Shown here piece by piece: positions 31,086 to 46,390 of a DNA stretch of 64,000 nucleotides; positions within the stretch are counted from its first letter, which is position 1; each line of letters starts with the position of its first letter. The stretch lies in NCBI RefSeq assembly GCF_009914755.1, contig NC_060944.1, one strand, 5' to 3'. The translations under genes and the position numbers were made by a program. Source of the DNA: the human T2T-CHM13v2.0 reference genome, Homo sapiens. Below the pieces are notes generated by a model. That model was not told the DNA's origin, made no database searches, and was given only the letters and a program-made list of their open reading frames with translations.

Positions 31086-34000
31086 TAGTTTTTGATACAT
31101 CTTATCCTTAGGAATATTAAGAGAAATTATTTACACTTATAAAATGATATTTAACAAAATAGATATAATCATTAACAGGTTGGTTTTATATACCTTCACT
31201 TAGCGTTTATTGAGCATCTACCCATGTGCCAACCACGGAGCCAGTGGTGGAAATACGTAGTTCCTGATCTCAGGGAGCTTATGTTGTACTAGGGAAGAAG
31301 AACGCAAAGATAGAGACAGACTCCTACATTCAACTGTAAAATGAAATCATTTATAATAAAGTACAAGGAGAAACACAGGAGGAAAAGGCCCTAAATCTGC
31401 TTAGGGGGTCAGGAATGCTTTTGCAAAAGAGGCAGCACCTAAACGAAAATGAGTTTGCCCGGAGAATGAAAGGTGGGTTGAGGTTTAGGGGAGCTAACAT
31501 TGCATCCACATGGAGGTAGAATAGGATATGCACATCCTTCACTCTCCTGATTAAGGAATGGTACCATAATCCAGTATTCCTTGAGTATATAGAACGGGGA
31601 GATGATGGGAAATGAATAGGATCAGAGGCTTCTAGATTTTTTTCAGATTAGCGTTGTAATGTCTTGGAAGAATTTTGCATAGAGGAGAGAAAATGAGATA
31701 CATTTGTGTGTGTTAGAAAGCTCACCTTCCAGCATTGTTTATGAGGCATAGTTTATGAGGAAGGGAAGACTAGAGCTAACATGGTTAATCTGTTTGTTTG
31801 TTTTTTTTTAATGTGTGAGGAAACCCAGGCAGAAGTTAAGTAACTTGTCCCAGATGTTGTAATTAGTGAGTGGTAGAGCCAGGATTTAAACCTAGTCGAA
31901 CAGCCTGATTTGTATGCTGAAATCTTAGCCATTCTGCCTTGGAAAAAGTCAGAGGCAGATGAGATGGGAAGAAGCATAGTCAGGGGATGATGGAGGCAGG
32001 GAGACCGTGGGAGACTTTCAGGTGTGCCATTCTGCTGACTAGAAGATCATGTTACTTCCAAATTTGTTTCTGGGATTTTACATTTGTGGTGTATTTTTTT
32101 TCTTAATGGTTGTGGTGTGTCTCATTTAAGCTGCTATTATTAATTCACAGAACAAAAGTCCAGAATGTTGACCTAATTTTACAAAACAAGCTGCATATCA
32201 GCTGATGAATGCATGAGAAATTTTCAAGGCTTTCACAGTGGTCTTAAGGTAAGTTCAGTTATTTTTTTAAACAATACTCAGTATTGTTTTTAGTAAACTG
32301 TAATAAATTAGGTTTATTTTTGATAAGCAGTTGAACTTCACCTTAAAAACACTGTGAGAGTCTTAAACAGTTAACCTACTAGCCAGATTTTTCTGTTATC
32401 TCAAAGCCCAGGGCGAGTCGGAAGTCCCAAAGTTTCAGTTTTTCCCAGGTGGTCTTCAGTAGAGGTCCCCCATGATGCATTAGGAGGTGTTACTCTTTTG
32501 TAGATGGCAAAACTGGAATTCGATAGAGGTTGAATGACTTTGCCCCAGGTTATATAAGAGTTAAAACTGGGAGTGTGATCCCAAAGTCCAGATTCTTTCC
32601 ACCACCCTCACACTGCTTCTGCAAGAAGGGAGTTTCAGTGTGGCAGTGTGAGTGGCTTGTGAGGGAAGGCTGGAGTGCTGCACAGTTACGCCCTGTGCTC
32701 TGCAGTAGTGCTCTTGAATTTCTGTATGGCTGATGTAGGTCAGACCTTCAGAGAGTGTTATGCCTACTAATCTTAATTAGTATATCCTAATACTGATTGT
32801 TAGAAGGCATTTTAGAATTTCTAGTGCATCACATGTTTATGTCTAAAAAATTAAATCTCTTTTCTACTGGTGTTGTCCATAACTAATGCATAATTAAGCC
32901 ATAGCAGCGAGAAGTTGAGCAGAAATGAAAGCACCATACCTGAGCCAACAGACTCTTCCAATGTGAGACCCAGTTTACCTCTGGTCACTTGATATGGTTA
33001 AAATGTGAGCACTAGAAGCCTTTACGGAGCATCTAGTCTGGTCACTTTAAAGACCACAGATGATTGGCCCAAGGTTATCCAGCTGCTTCATGACACTAAG
33101 AATATGATCCACCTTTTTCTTGATGATAATTAACCTACTAGTTTGTGTCTGTCAATCTGCATGAATTGGGGTTGTTACACTTACAGGATTTTAGTAGCAG
33201 AGATTCATTATTTTAGAGAGTAGTAGAAATCTTTTGAGATTAAAGAGAAGAAAAAGGTTTAGGTGCAGCTCATTTGTTGATTGTTTTTAATAAGACCATT
33301 GAAAATATGGTAGATTATTATTTTTAAACTGTGAAAGAATACTGATATTGGTAAGTTTATTCATTTGTTGATTTGTGAAAGTAGAAAAACAAAACTAAGA
33401 AACATTTGATCATGTGTAAAATTTAATATAGAGAATACATATGAAGGATTTTTATTTCTGAAATTCTTTTAATTTTGCAGACTGGCTTAAAATATGCTCA
33501 AAGTAAATTTAAGTATTTGTATAAAGAAAAATCAAATATACAACATTAATCTTAAATGAACAATAGAATAATGCTTAACCTAGCTTTTCACCATCAACTC
33601 GAAGGAAGTCTAAATATTTTAAAACATTAAGAGAAGTACCTCCAAAAGAATGCACATAATTCTTTCCTAATGTGGGATTAGTAAAAATTAGTAAAATATT
33701 GTAAATCTGAGAGCACATAGTAGCTTTGGTACTATCTAATGAGTTTCAAAGCCATCTTCCAAGTTTCACAGTCATACTTGCATTATGGCTTAGGAGTGAG
33801 GCATTGTTGCACTGACCTGTCCTCCTCCAAAGAGCAGCTAAAAGCATGAGATGTGACATCCTTGGTAAAGTTCTTGCCAATTGCTGACAACTCACCTGGG
33901 GTGGCAGTCACCTGGCTTTTGCCCAGCGGGCTTACTTTAGACCATTGCTGGCAAGTAAAGCATTGTGGAGCTGCCTCCTGAAATTTCACTTGCCTGTCTT

Positions 34001-34138
34001 AATGTTGAAAAAGTTTCAAGTAGTTTCGCTTTAGAGTCACTAAGAAACCCAGTTATAATCTGAAAGTGAAATGAGATTTAGGTTTACATGACCCTTAGAG
34101 AATGAGGACAGGTATACTGTTAGATGAGACGGGATTAA

Positions 34139-34345
<207 letters not shown>

Positions 34346-34550
34346 TGATTCCCTTCACGTTGCCAATGCATTTTCCATTCCTGTTAAGGCTCCCTCAGAC
34401 TTCTTGTCCTTCCTCTCAAAACACAGATCCTGTAGCTTTTTCCAGACAGCCTTTACTATTTCCTTACCCTCAGTATTAAGAATTTTTCATGTAAGATGTT
34501 CTCAGAATCTTACAAGTATCCTTGTACCCATTTCTTTTTGAAGAACATGA

Positions 34551-34781
<231 letters not shown>

Positions 34782-34860
34782 TAAGACAGCATTAAGGGCT
34801 TTAATTGGGGCTGTGTATTATCTATCTATTTCTAATATCTTTAATCTTTATTATTTTCAG

Positions 34861-34953
34861 GCAAGACCAGCTGAAAGAGGTTCCGCAACTGTGTCATTTG
34901 GAGAGCTAGGAAAAATAAACAACCTTATGCCACCGGGGAAAAAATCACAATAA
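34861..34953 (+). CDS. NDUFAF5: NDUFAF5 exon 11 coding part to the stop; complex I assembly factor 5 (NDUFS7 arginine hydroxylase)
   Basis: tttcag|[30 protein letters not shown]; the 11 exons sum to 1038 nt (345 aa plus stop) with consistent phases. Confidence 0.95.
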   Translation, partial: ARPAERGSATVSFGELGKINNLMPPGKKSQ

Positions 34954-36256
34954 ATATTTATTCAGTGTTAATGTCGTCCAGAATTTTCATCAGAAATGGA
35001 TAGCTTTAACATCTAAAATTATTATATTTTGAAGCAAGAAGCACTCTAAGCTATTTACTAATAGGCTTTTCATATAATTAGGAAAACCTAATATCACATC
35101 TATAGTAACCATTTCAGTTTCATATTGTTTCTGTTCTCATAAGGATACTGCTGAGTGTCTTTGCAGATTCAGCCTAAAAGCAAAGAAAATATTTCCCTAA
35201 AATATTTGCAAATAATGTTCACATATGTAAATGCCTTGGAAAATATTACTCATGCTGACCTTTTACACCTTTTTCATTTGTCATACTGTTTTCTTTGCCT
35301 TGAAGAGGAACAGATGAATATGCACCTTCTCCAGAGTTATGTGGTTTTAGAATTTAGAAGAGCATGTATCTTTATTAAATCCCTCCTCAACTCTTTTTTT
35401 TTAAAGCATCTGAATTTAACCTTATTTCTTTTTTATCTCCATGGTGTGGGTGGGACCACCATGGTTTTACACCCCACCCTACCTTAGGGAAGAAGAAAAC
35501 ATTTTAAAGAATACCAGAAGTAGAATCACATGTAACAGTCTCTGCACAGTCATCAGTTTATTGTTAAGCTTTCCTTTGTAATTTCAGGGCTTAAGCACTA
35601 TTATCCTAATCCAAGTTCACAGTCCTGTTGTTGTCGAGGAGGGTTCAAAATCATTTGGAGATAATCAAGCTCAGACAGCTTAGGATAGGTGAGAAGAACA
35701 TAGAGGAAGCAGGGAGAAGGCTGAGAAGCAAGCAGGAGTGAGCGCTAAGTGTTTTGTTTCCAGTTAGCTGTTCGCTGTCTTTTCCATTTAACCTGGGCAC
35801 TGCCCTAGCCTCATCTTCAGCCTTCAGTGATCTATAATAGCATTTCCTTCTGTCTCCTCTCAGTCTCTCTTCCGCCTTCCTTCCCTCCTTTACTGTATTA
35901 GCAACAAGCTGTCCATGGGTGGGGGCTGTGTGTTAGCCTGTACGTAGCACATGGGACTTTCCACATAGTAGATATTCAGTTACATTTTGAACTAATTATA
36001 TAACAAACTTGCCCTTTGAAAGACTAAGTTATAGTTAAAAACCAAGATTTGTAGGAGAAAAAGAAATTATTGTTCCCTTCAGTTTGAAAAATCATCGATA
36101 TTTGAAACTGGGATACGCTTGGTAGCTTTTTTGTTTTAACACAAAGTAAACCTGTGAAGTAGAATTTGGCGTTTTGTTTTTTGGGGTTTTTTTTTTTTTT
36201 AGCTTAATTTTCAGAACTTGAAGAGAGAGAACAACAACAAAAAACAAACTGCGCTA

Positions 36257-36391
36257 GCCAGGTGCAATGGCGCATGCCTGTAGTCCCAGCTACTTGGGAG
36301 GCTGAGGCAGGCAGGAGTTCAAGGCTGCAGTGAGCTGTCTGTGCCACGGCACTCCAACCTGGGCAAAAGAGGAGACCTCATCTAAAGAAAA
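36257..36391 (+). mobile_element. Alu monomer
   Basis: Single Alu arm with internal deletion. Confidence 0.8.
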
Positions 36392-37095
36392 ATCCACCAA
36401 AAACCCTGTGTTTTAAAGTGCAAACTGATGATGGAGGAATGGGTAAATTCCAGGGGTCTATATTTCCAAAAGGACATGTGTTTTTGTGCACTAATACTTG
36501 TTTTTGAAGAACACATCTCAGTGTTAAGTGGCTGTTGCTGAGGAAGGGGACTGAGGAACTGGGTGTGTCTGTGTCATTCTGTTTGAATGTCTGTCAGGGG
36601 TATAGAAACTAGGAGGGAGACTTGTACTTTTCACTTTTTAAACTTCCTGTAAAATTTGAATTTTCCAAGCAAGAATATTACTTTTGCTTATTTAATGTCA
36701 ACGGAATTATATGTGGATGGTGGGGTGGAGCTAAGGATTACTCTACTCTGGCTATCCCAAAAAAAGCTCCATTTGTTTAAAAAAATTAAGTAAATCAAAC
36801 ACAGCTAATTGAGGACCCTTATTGTTTAATGTGAGTGATTGTAGTGAAAACACTTATTTTAGTGTGTATAACACTAGTGAAATTATTTTTGTAGTTAAAT
36901 CTGCTGGAAGTGTGCTATTAAGCTTTTATTGTTTGGAGCCCTCAGGAAACTAATTTTTCTGAATAACCACATTTTCCAAATGATTAAGAGCTCATCCTTT
37001 TAAGCAATGAAACTTTTAAAAGGTCTTTATCAAAAATTTTTCATAAATGTTACATTCTTAAATGGTATATGATAAATAATCATCTTTTTTGTTGG

Positions 37096-37409
37096 TTTAT
37101 TTTTTTATTTTTTATTTTATTTTATTTTTTGAGACGGAGTCTCGCTCTGTCTCCAGGCTGGAGTACAGTGGCGCAATCTCGGCTCACTGCTGCCTCCGCT
37201 TCCTGGGTTCAAGTGATTCTTCCTGCCTCAGCTTCCCAAGTAGCTGGGATTACAGGCGCGTGCCACCACGCTGGCTAATTTTTGTATTTTTAATAGAGAT
37301 GGGGTTTCACCATGTTGGCCAGGATGGTCTCAATCTCTTGACCTTGTGATCTGCCCACCTTGGCTTCCCAAAGTGCTGAGATTACAGGTGTGAGCCACCA
37401 GGCCTGGCC
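37096..37409 (-). mobile_element. AluSc-like
   Basis: Antisense Alu with (TTTTA)n tail. Confidence 0.92.
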
Positions 37410-38154
37410 AATAACCATTTCTTGATAACCCCACAGATAATATCATAAACTCAAGTTGTCTGTATTGCTTCTTCCCAGACTGGTCCCAAGAATGCTGTGG
37501 TTGGTTTTGTGTCTTTTCCAGCACTTTTCTTACTTGCTGTCAGTTGTCAATCTCAACACCTTGACCAAAATGAACTTTCTTGAGTCATTTCTTCTCTGTT
37601 TAGCTATAAGATTAGAATTCATACTGAAAGATTTCTAGGACTTTTGTATTAAGGTAGGAAAGAGGAACTAGGTTCTGGGAGAAAGACTCCTTTGGAATAA
37701 AATTCATGAGCTTTATTGGTTCCTTTAACAGATCTTCATTGAGTTTCATGTGCCAGGCATCCAACTAGTCTCTGCTTTTATAGTTGTCAGTCTGACAGGG
37801 CTCTAGTATGTGCACACCGTGACACCTGTTGGCTGCCAGGAGACTGTTTGGCTTATTTCCTGGTTCTTAGCAATATTCCAGGTTGGCCTGGAGAATTCCA
37901 AAGGTAAATATGAAAATGTATACCTACAAAAGAATTTTTGCTTTATAGGAAGAATTTGTAGGATTTATTGAGATGTAAGCTACCTATATACATCAAGTAT
38001 GTGATATGATTGTAAAAAGTTACAGAAGTGTGTGAGTCATGAAGTACCTGTGAGGGAAGTTTATATATTTTTTCAAACTCTTTTAGTACCATTTTCATCC
38101 ACTAGGTGGAAGCAATTACAGTATGACCTGCATTAAAGACATGTACAGTTTTTT

Positions 38155-38450
38155 GGCCGGCTGCAGTGGCTCACACCTGTGATCTCAACACTTTGGGAAG
38201 CTGAGACGGGAGGATTGCTTGAGCCCAGGAGTTTGAGACCAGCTTGGGCAACGTGATGAAACCCTGTCTCTACAAATAAAAAAAAAATTAGCCAGGCATG
38301 GTGGCACAAGCCTGTGGTCCCAGCTACTCAGAAGGCTGAGGTGGGAGTATTGATCGAGCCCAGGAGGTCAAGGCTGCAGCAAGCTGTCGCACCACTGCAC
38401 TCTAGCCTGGGCAACAGCAAGACCCTCGTCTCAAAAAAGAAAAAAAAAAA
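38155..38450 (+). mobile_element. AluJ
   Basis: GGAGGATTGCTTGAGCCCAGGAG; A-tail. Confidence 0.9.
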
Positions 38451-38875
38451 GTACAATTTTTGTATTGATTATGTATTCCTTAAGTAGGAGTGGAATAAAA
38501 GTATTTTACCGTGGATTGGCTTCTGTGAAGGAAAGAAGTGAATATTAGTAGATATTTGGAAAAAAGAAAGATAGTTGATGCAGTGATTATTATTCTGTTC
38601 CTTTGTAAGTTACCATTAGCCTCTCTTGCTTAAGAAATATTTTGAGCTTTTTTGGGGAGGGGTTGTGGTTAATGATGTGAAATTAATCTTCAGGAAATTT
38701 ATCATAAGCAGACTTGCCTTTTCAGATATTGGTATATTTTAATTCTCTACCTGAATACATACATGACAGTTATTTTACCATGCTGGTTTAAAAAACATCA
38801 ATTTGAAAATACTAGAAGGTGGGGTGAACACTGATAAGTTACTGTTAACAAATAAGAAAATAATGCTTTGCCATC

Positions 38876-39373
38876 TGTGGTGGTTTTAAAATCTATCCAC
38901 AAATTTTTGATATGCTTCTCTTTAAGACAGGACACTTCATTCCCCTCTAAGTACAGGCTGAGTTTAGTGATTCCCTTCCAACAAATAGATGGTGTGTCAC
39001 TTCTGAGACTAGGTAATAAAAGGCATTGCATCCTCCTTACTCTCTCTTGGATCCTTCACTCTAGGGAAAGCCAGCAGCCATATTGTAAGGCCACTCAACT
39101 CCATGGAGAAGACCTAGAAGTGAGGAGCAGAGGCCTCCAGCCAAAAGCCATGTGAGGGAGCCATCTTGGAAGCAATTCTCCAGGCCCAAACTTCAGATGA
39201 CTGTGGTCCCAGCCAATGCATTGACCACAACCTCATGAGAGACCCTGAGCTAGAACCACCTAGCTAAGCCACTCTCAAATATCTTATCTACAGAAACTGA
39301 GATGATAAATGTTTGTGGTTTAAGCAACTGTGTTTTAGAGTAATTTGTTACACAGCAATAGATAACTGATACG
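38876..39373 (+). mobile_element. MLT1 (F/G-like) MaLR LTR
   Basis: TGTGGTGGTTTTAAAA start; TTGTTACACAGCAATAGATAACTGATAC end. Confidence 0.8.
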
Positions 39374-40760
39374 CGATACACTGTCTTCAGGAGGTGTATT
39401 AGGGTGGGCAAGGTATTCTGAGTTGTTATTTTCAGCATAAAACATAGCCCCCTTATTTACAATTAGGTAAAGTTAACATAAACTGTATTACTTTTGTTCT
39501 CAGAGAACACCAGACCTGAAATGCTCTTGCCTGGAGGTTTGATTCCATGATATCTTGAAATGGAACTAACTTCCCACATTAAGTTTAGTAGGCCTCAAAT
39601 TTTCTTTCCTGGGAATATTAGGATAAATTTTTTGGAAGCCTCGATGGGCTAATTTCCAAATGAAATCAGAGAATTTGGGAAGACCATGAGAATTCAGTGA
39701 GCTACATAACTGCACACAGATTCTTCAGCCAGTTCCCTTCTGCCGTAGCTGTTGAGTTGCGACAGCTCATTAGGATGGACTGTTGACACTGCATACTTGT
39801 TACCAGGCTCACAAATGAGTACAAGGATGTGGAAATAACAAGGACTCTTTAAAGCCAGACTTGATCGTACATTGTTAGTCACTGCTAAAACCAGGCAAAA
39901 GTAAATTGCCTGCACTTTGAAAGTGGCCATTGTAACCCGGCCAGTGTCTAGACTCTTCATTCAGGAATCACACGTTTGGCCAGGATGCCCGTTGCTAGTT
40001 CTGTCAGAACAGGTCTGGTGGTAGAATATCAGGAACACTTACCAGGTGTACTGTTTTTGTGCTCAGAGTGTTTGTGCTCAGATTGTGAGTGGGAGATTGG
40101 GAAGAGGAGAATTCCAAAGAAAGACTTGCCAGTCTGCCATAAAAAACTATGGAAGTCAAAGAAAGGTCGGGGACTGGGAGTCAGGTGGTCTGGGTTTAGT
40201 GCTGGTCCTGTTTGTTCCTAATGCTGGGGCAGACTCCATCTCTCTGACCTCAATATCTTCATCTGTAAAATTACAGGTTTGCTAATTGGTGAGTCTCAAA
40301 GGAGGCTACCAGCCTGCCTTTCACGTTCCTGAAGGGCTTTTTCAAACACTTCCACCTTTCTCTCCTTGGTTGAGAGTCACAGCCAGAGGGAGCTCATGTT
40401 AGAGGTGGGAAATGGTTGCGAGCCATTGGACAGGATGATCTCAGAGGAGCTTTTCAGCCTGACCCCAGAACCTGGGTCCCAAGGCAAAGTGGACAGGAAG
40501 CCCTCCCATCTTTACAGTTTCTCAGACTCTGTTGACCTTGGGGACTTCTTTTCCCTTCAAAGTAGACTTTGACTTCCCCTGAGGATAAGATTTAAGAAGG
40601 AAGCACAGCATGATTTACTTTGGGTCCCTTAATCTTTAAAAAGTGAGTCAGCATGCTGGGGTTTTTTGGGTTTTTTTGTTTTTGTTTTTACTCCTGGGCT
40701 TAAGCTCCCAAGGAGCTGGGCTTACAGGCATGTGCCACGATGCCCAGCTCAATAATGCAT

Positions 40761-41129
<369 letters not shown>

Positions 41130-43118
41130 TAGCCTTCTATATTTTCCATGGAAGATGACATTTTCTCATAGGCACCAAGCATTCAGCATTTGGGAAGTGT
41201 CCCTTAGTTTTGCACAAAGTTCCCAGTTACTTGTCTAGGTGACAAGTCCTGGCTGCAGAACAGGAAATGCTCAGGCTTCAGGTGGCAGCACTCTGGAGGG
41301 CCAAGTGAAGAAATAGATACGAAAGTACTGGTTGTCCATGTAATTTCCTGAGGAGCCAGCTGAACACTCATGGTTCTCCACAAAGGAGGCTTCTTTGAAC
41401 CTGTACACAGTTGTTACGGATTGGTAAAGCCCTCTTGAAGGCGCCCTTACTGTGCTCTCACCAGGCAGTGTGCTAAGCCTTAGATATCCATTCTCAATTC
41501 ACATTTCATCCTCAGTTCCCTATGAGATATTAGTACTATTGTCCCCATTTGTTAGATGAGGAAACAGGCTTAGGTTGTGACTTCTCCAAGGTCACATAAG
41601 TGACAGAGACAATTTTGACTTCAGTCTTGTATGTGAAGGGAACAGTACAATTAATGATTGTAGTGTGCTGCCTTCTTTGCAAGTCAAAACCTTCTGTGAG
41701 CTCCCAGCCTTTCTTCACATCCTCCCTTCCACCATACCCTTGAACACTCCAGCCGCATATTAGAACCAGTCAGGTGATTGCACCCACTGTCTCCAACACT
41801 TGCTCAGCCCCGTCCTTGAATCCTTGTCCCTGCAGAACTGCCTGCACTCCAAACTCTTCTGGGTCCCTTCTACTGGGAGCTGTCACCCTTCATATCCAGC
41901 TCTTTTTTTGTCCCAGGCCATCTTGAACTTTGGTTAGTTCCATCTCCTTTAGCACTTTGTACATCATTTCCTGTTCATGAATTCTGCCTCTTCAGCTAAC
42001 TGTTTAGCTTCCTTGAGCATTGGCACTGCAATAACCAGGGTTCCAACAGCCCCAGGGAAAGCCCAGATAGAGTCACTATGACCCCTGTGAGCACGGCACA
42101 GCAGGAGACCGGAAGAACAGGCAGCTAGCATCAGGCACGTTCAGCTGCAAATTCTAAGGATCAGCCACTCAATTGGGATTCAAAGCTAGACTCCTATCTC
42201 AGAGGAATCTGGGTCCCAAGGAAAAAGAGACATGCATGTGAATGATGGGGCAGAAATACAATTGCTGGGACTGAGAGACAGGGAAGGGCCTGACTTTAGA
42301 GAGTAAGCCTAGAACCATGATGTGAGGTCAAAGCAGGGCCTGCAGCGCAGCTGACGGCATTATGTCATGGGGCAGGGTAGATTCCCATCCAGACAAGATG
42401 TTCACCTATTATTAGATATAGGGTGGCCCAGTGGAGTAGTGGCTAAGATTAGCATGAGTTCTGAAGTCACACCCTCCCATTGGATCCCCTTTCTACCACT
42501 AACTAGCGTACCTGTGTTTAGTTACTCAACTGCTGTGAAATGAGAACCATTCTTCAAAGCATCAATATAACACTTAGCAGGTAAAGCATCACACTTCTTA
42601 GGCTTAGGAAGCCAAGCTCATTAGATGCCTTAAGTGTCTGGTACAATAACTCTTACATTTATAGGTGTTGCAAAAGAAGGTAGAGGTGGAGCACAGGAGA
42701 TGGAGAGGAGAATTTCCAGAGGTAAATGTGGTTAGCAAAGCTGAGGTAAGCATGTGGATATCTTTCCTGTAAGGTTTCGCAGAACCTTTGATGTAATTCT
42801 GAATCTCCCAAAGCAGGCTAAATTTTAGGACATCTTCCAGACTTAATGGTCCAGTAACCCTTTTATCAAGGAGGATCATGTAAGACCTTGAACTCGTTTG
42901 GGGAAACATTAGCCTAGCACAATGCTAGGCATTGTACAGGCTTGTTAAATAATTTGAATAATTCTCGAAAAATCTACATTCAGTTATCAGAATCTGTTCA
43001 CCTGCAAAATTGTTTATGAACTTTCTCAAGGCAGTCAATGCAATGGTTAAGTACTGGCTATGTGGTCTTGGACAAGTTACTTGACCTCAGCTTCCTCTTC
43101 TGTAAAAGAGGGATGATG

Positions 43119-43322
43119 GGCCTGGCACAGTGGCTCACGCTTGTAATCCCAGGACTTTGGAAGGCTGAGATGGTGGCGCACACCTGTAATTGCAGCTACT
43201 CAGGAGGCTGAGGCAGGAGAATCGCTTGAACCCGGGAGGCGGAGGTTGCCGTGAGCCAAAAAATCACACCACTGCACTCTAGCCTGGGCAACAGAGTGAA
43301 ACTCTGTCTCAAAAAAAAAAAA
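43119..43322 (+). mobile_element. Internally deleted Alu within a MIR
   Basis: Left arm jumps at AGGCTGAGA into right-arm TGGTGGCGCACACC; MIR sequence on both sides. Confidence 0.85.
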
Positions 43323-45208
43323 AGGAAGGATACAGTATTCTCCCAGGAAGGCAGTTGTGAAGATCAAATGAGCTAATAATACATTCAGTCAGAACAGTGC
43401 CTGGCACATAATAAGCATGATATGTTAGCTATTATTATTCTAGACAGAATGAATTTCGGGGAAGCTCTTAAGAATAAACTATTGACTGCTGTTGTAGTGC
43501 TAGTTTACCATTTGTTCTGCATTCAATTCCCTCTTGCTTACTTGGAAGACTGATTAATAGACAGGTACTGCTTAAAGTCACTGTCCCTTTTTAAAAAAGA
43601 ATAAATCACTTGACTCAGACAGCTATTTTGTTTCTATGGCAAAGTCTAAATAGAATTCAAATATAAGAAATTCATTTAATGCTTTATTAGGTGAAGATTG
43701 AACATATTTTCTTTTAGAGGCACTTCATCTTTACCTAGAATTATTTTCTGATTAATGAAAATACAAGTTAGGATAATTCATTTCACACCAGTACACACCT
43801 CAAAAAACAGGAAGTAAATGTTTCCATATTGATACAAATGCTGGATGAAATTAATTAGGTGGCCAAAAAACAGCTAAGAATTCAAATCTCACAGCCTAAA
43901 AAATAATTCTATTCTTGCCACACATGAAAAGATTTTTTAAATTTTTTGTTATAGACAACTATAACAACACCTCTTAACACCTGAGAGGCTAGAGTGAATT
44001 ATAAAACTTTTGAGCTATAGGACATTAGAGCAATCTTGCTTTGCAAATAAGGAAATTGAGTTACGCAGAGAGGGAATGACTTGCTTGAGGTCATAGCTAG
44101 GGGTGGAGAGAGAGGACATAGGTGTTCCAGTGTCTTGCCCAGAAATCTATGGCAGGCTTGACAGTTACACAACCCCAGCTCAGCCACAGGCCCAGACAGT
44201 GCACCTGCCCTCCTCAGGAGGTTTAGAGAAAGGTATGAAGGTTCTCATGGTCCCTTGGGGAGCTCTCCATTCCAAAGACCTCCAGTGAGGAGTCCTTCAC
44301 AAAGTCCAGAGTCACCCCACATTGAATTTGTTTAGAGCAAATTTCTGTGTTGCAGGTTACGACAGACCTCAATGGGCTGTGTGTTGAGAATAAAAACAAA
44401 AAATACTGTTCCCTGGGTCTCACTCCCAGAGATTCTGATTAAATTTGGCACTGAGAGTTTTAAGAGCTACAGCCCCTGCTCCAGAGCAAGAGTTTTCTGA
44501 GCAGAGAAAACTTCTACGTGAATCACAGACCCCTTTTTACCTCCCCACCACTTCTGTTGCAGTCAGGAATTTTGAAGAACCGCTGCTGCTGCTGTTGTGT
44601 TGGTTCTGGAAACACGTGTGTCATTGCACACTTCACGATGGATTTACATTAGAGAGGGAAGTTGTGTCAGACTGGCCTGGGAGTGAAGCAGGGTGGGTGT
44701 GGACAAGTTCTTCATTCAGTACTTATTGAGCACCTACTATATACGAAGCTCACCGAGAGATGAGAGGAACCTGATCACTACCCTCACAGAGCTCACAGCC
44801 CAGCCAACTAGAGACCACGGGGAAGCTGACATTGTGCGTTTTCTTGGGACCAAAAATACTTTGATTAAGGCACCGATGTGGAAGGCACGGTGCAATGCTG
44901 ATACTTGGATAAATAGGACAGGGTCCCTGCCTTCATTACACTGGTATAAGGTGACATGGGCAGTCAACCATAGTTCAAAGTAGAATATAAGAAGTGCCAG
45001 GAAAGATGTCTGACCATGAGCCTTACGAGTTCCAAGGAAAGTGAGTGCTGTCTGTGTGGTGGAACAGGTGGTATCAGGAAAGACTTCATCCATGTTTTCA
45101 TTCATTCCACCCAAACCACACCATGCCGGGTGCTGGAGTGTAAGGAGGAAGAAACCCCAGCCATTAAGAGGCCTCCAGCCAAGTGGAGCAGAACAACAAT
45201 AAACAATA

Positions 45209-45312
45209 CAGTATTTCTTCAATTCTAAGTGCCTTCGACTGCAAATTGTATCCTGATTTTGGAGATGTTAAAATTTGGAAAAAGGTGTATTTTAGAATTA
45301 ATGAAATAAAGG
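45209..45312. mobile_element. MER104/Kanga-like Tc2 MITE
   Basis: Imperfect TIRs CAGTATTTCTTCAATTCTAA / TTAGAATTAATGAAATA; internal GAGATGTTAAAAT. Confidence 0.55.
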
Positions 45313-45667
45313 AGTAATAGATAACTCAGATGCTTACTATCTACCAGGCACTGTCCTAAGTGCTTATATGTATCACTTTTTACTTATTTAATAAAAGGCA
45401 ATTACATGCAGTGACAAGTGGCTTTTGGGAAACACAGTGAATAAATGAGGAAGTGAATGAATAAATATTAGAAGAATAAACCCTTAATAAACCCTTTGTC
45501 TTCCATCCTTAGACCATCTGGATAAGGCAGTTCCTGGTCTAAGAATTTAGATCCTTACAAATGGTAATTTCCAAACTTTAGTGTTGTCAAGGAAACCACT
45601 AAGAGATAGATATAGATAGCTCAGTAATGATCCCATTCCTTATTTCTAACAAGTCCAAAGAAGCAGT

Positions 45668-45716
45668 GGTGTGTATCTGTGTGTGTGTGTGTGTGTGTGT
45701 GTTTGTGTGTGTGTGT
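45668..45716. repeat. (TG)n microsatellite
   Basis: Interrupted TG run of about 50 bp. Confidence 0.92.
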
Positions 45717-45763
45717 TGTGAGGGAGAAGGGAGATACAAAGAATTAAAAAACTGTCACTCACA

Positions 45764-46390
<627 letters not shown>

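Noticed and set aside
44737-45222. 161-aa minus-strand ORF
   Set aside because: Overlaps L2 and MITE remnants, non-ATG start, no homology I recognise
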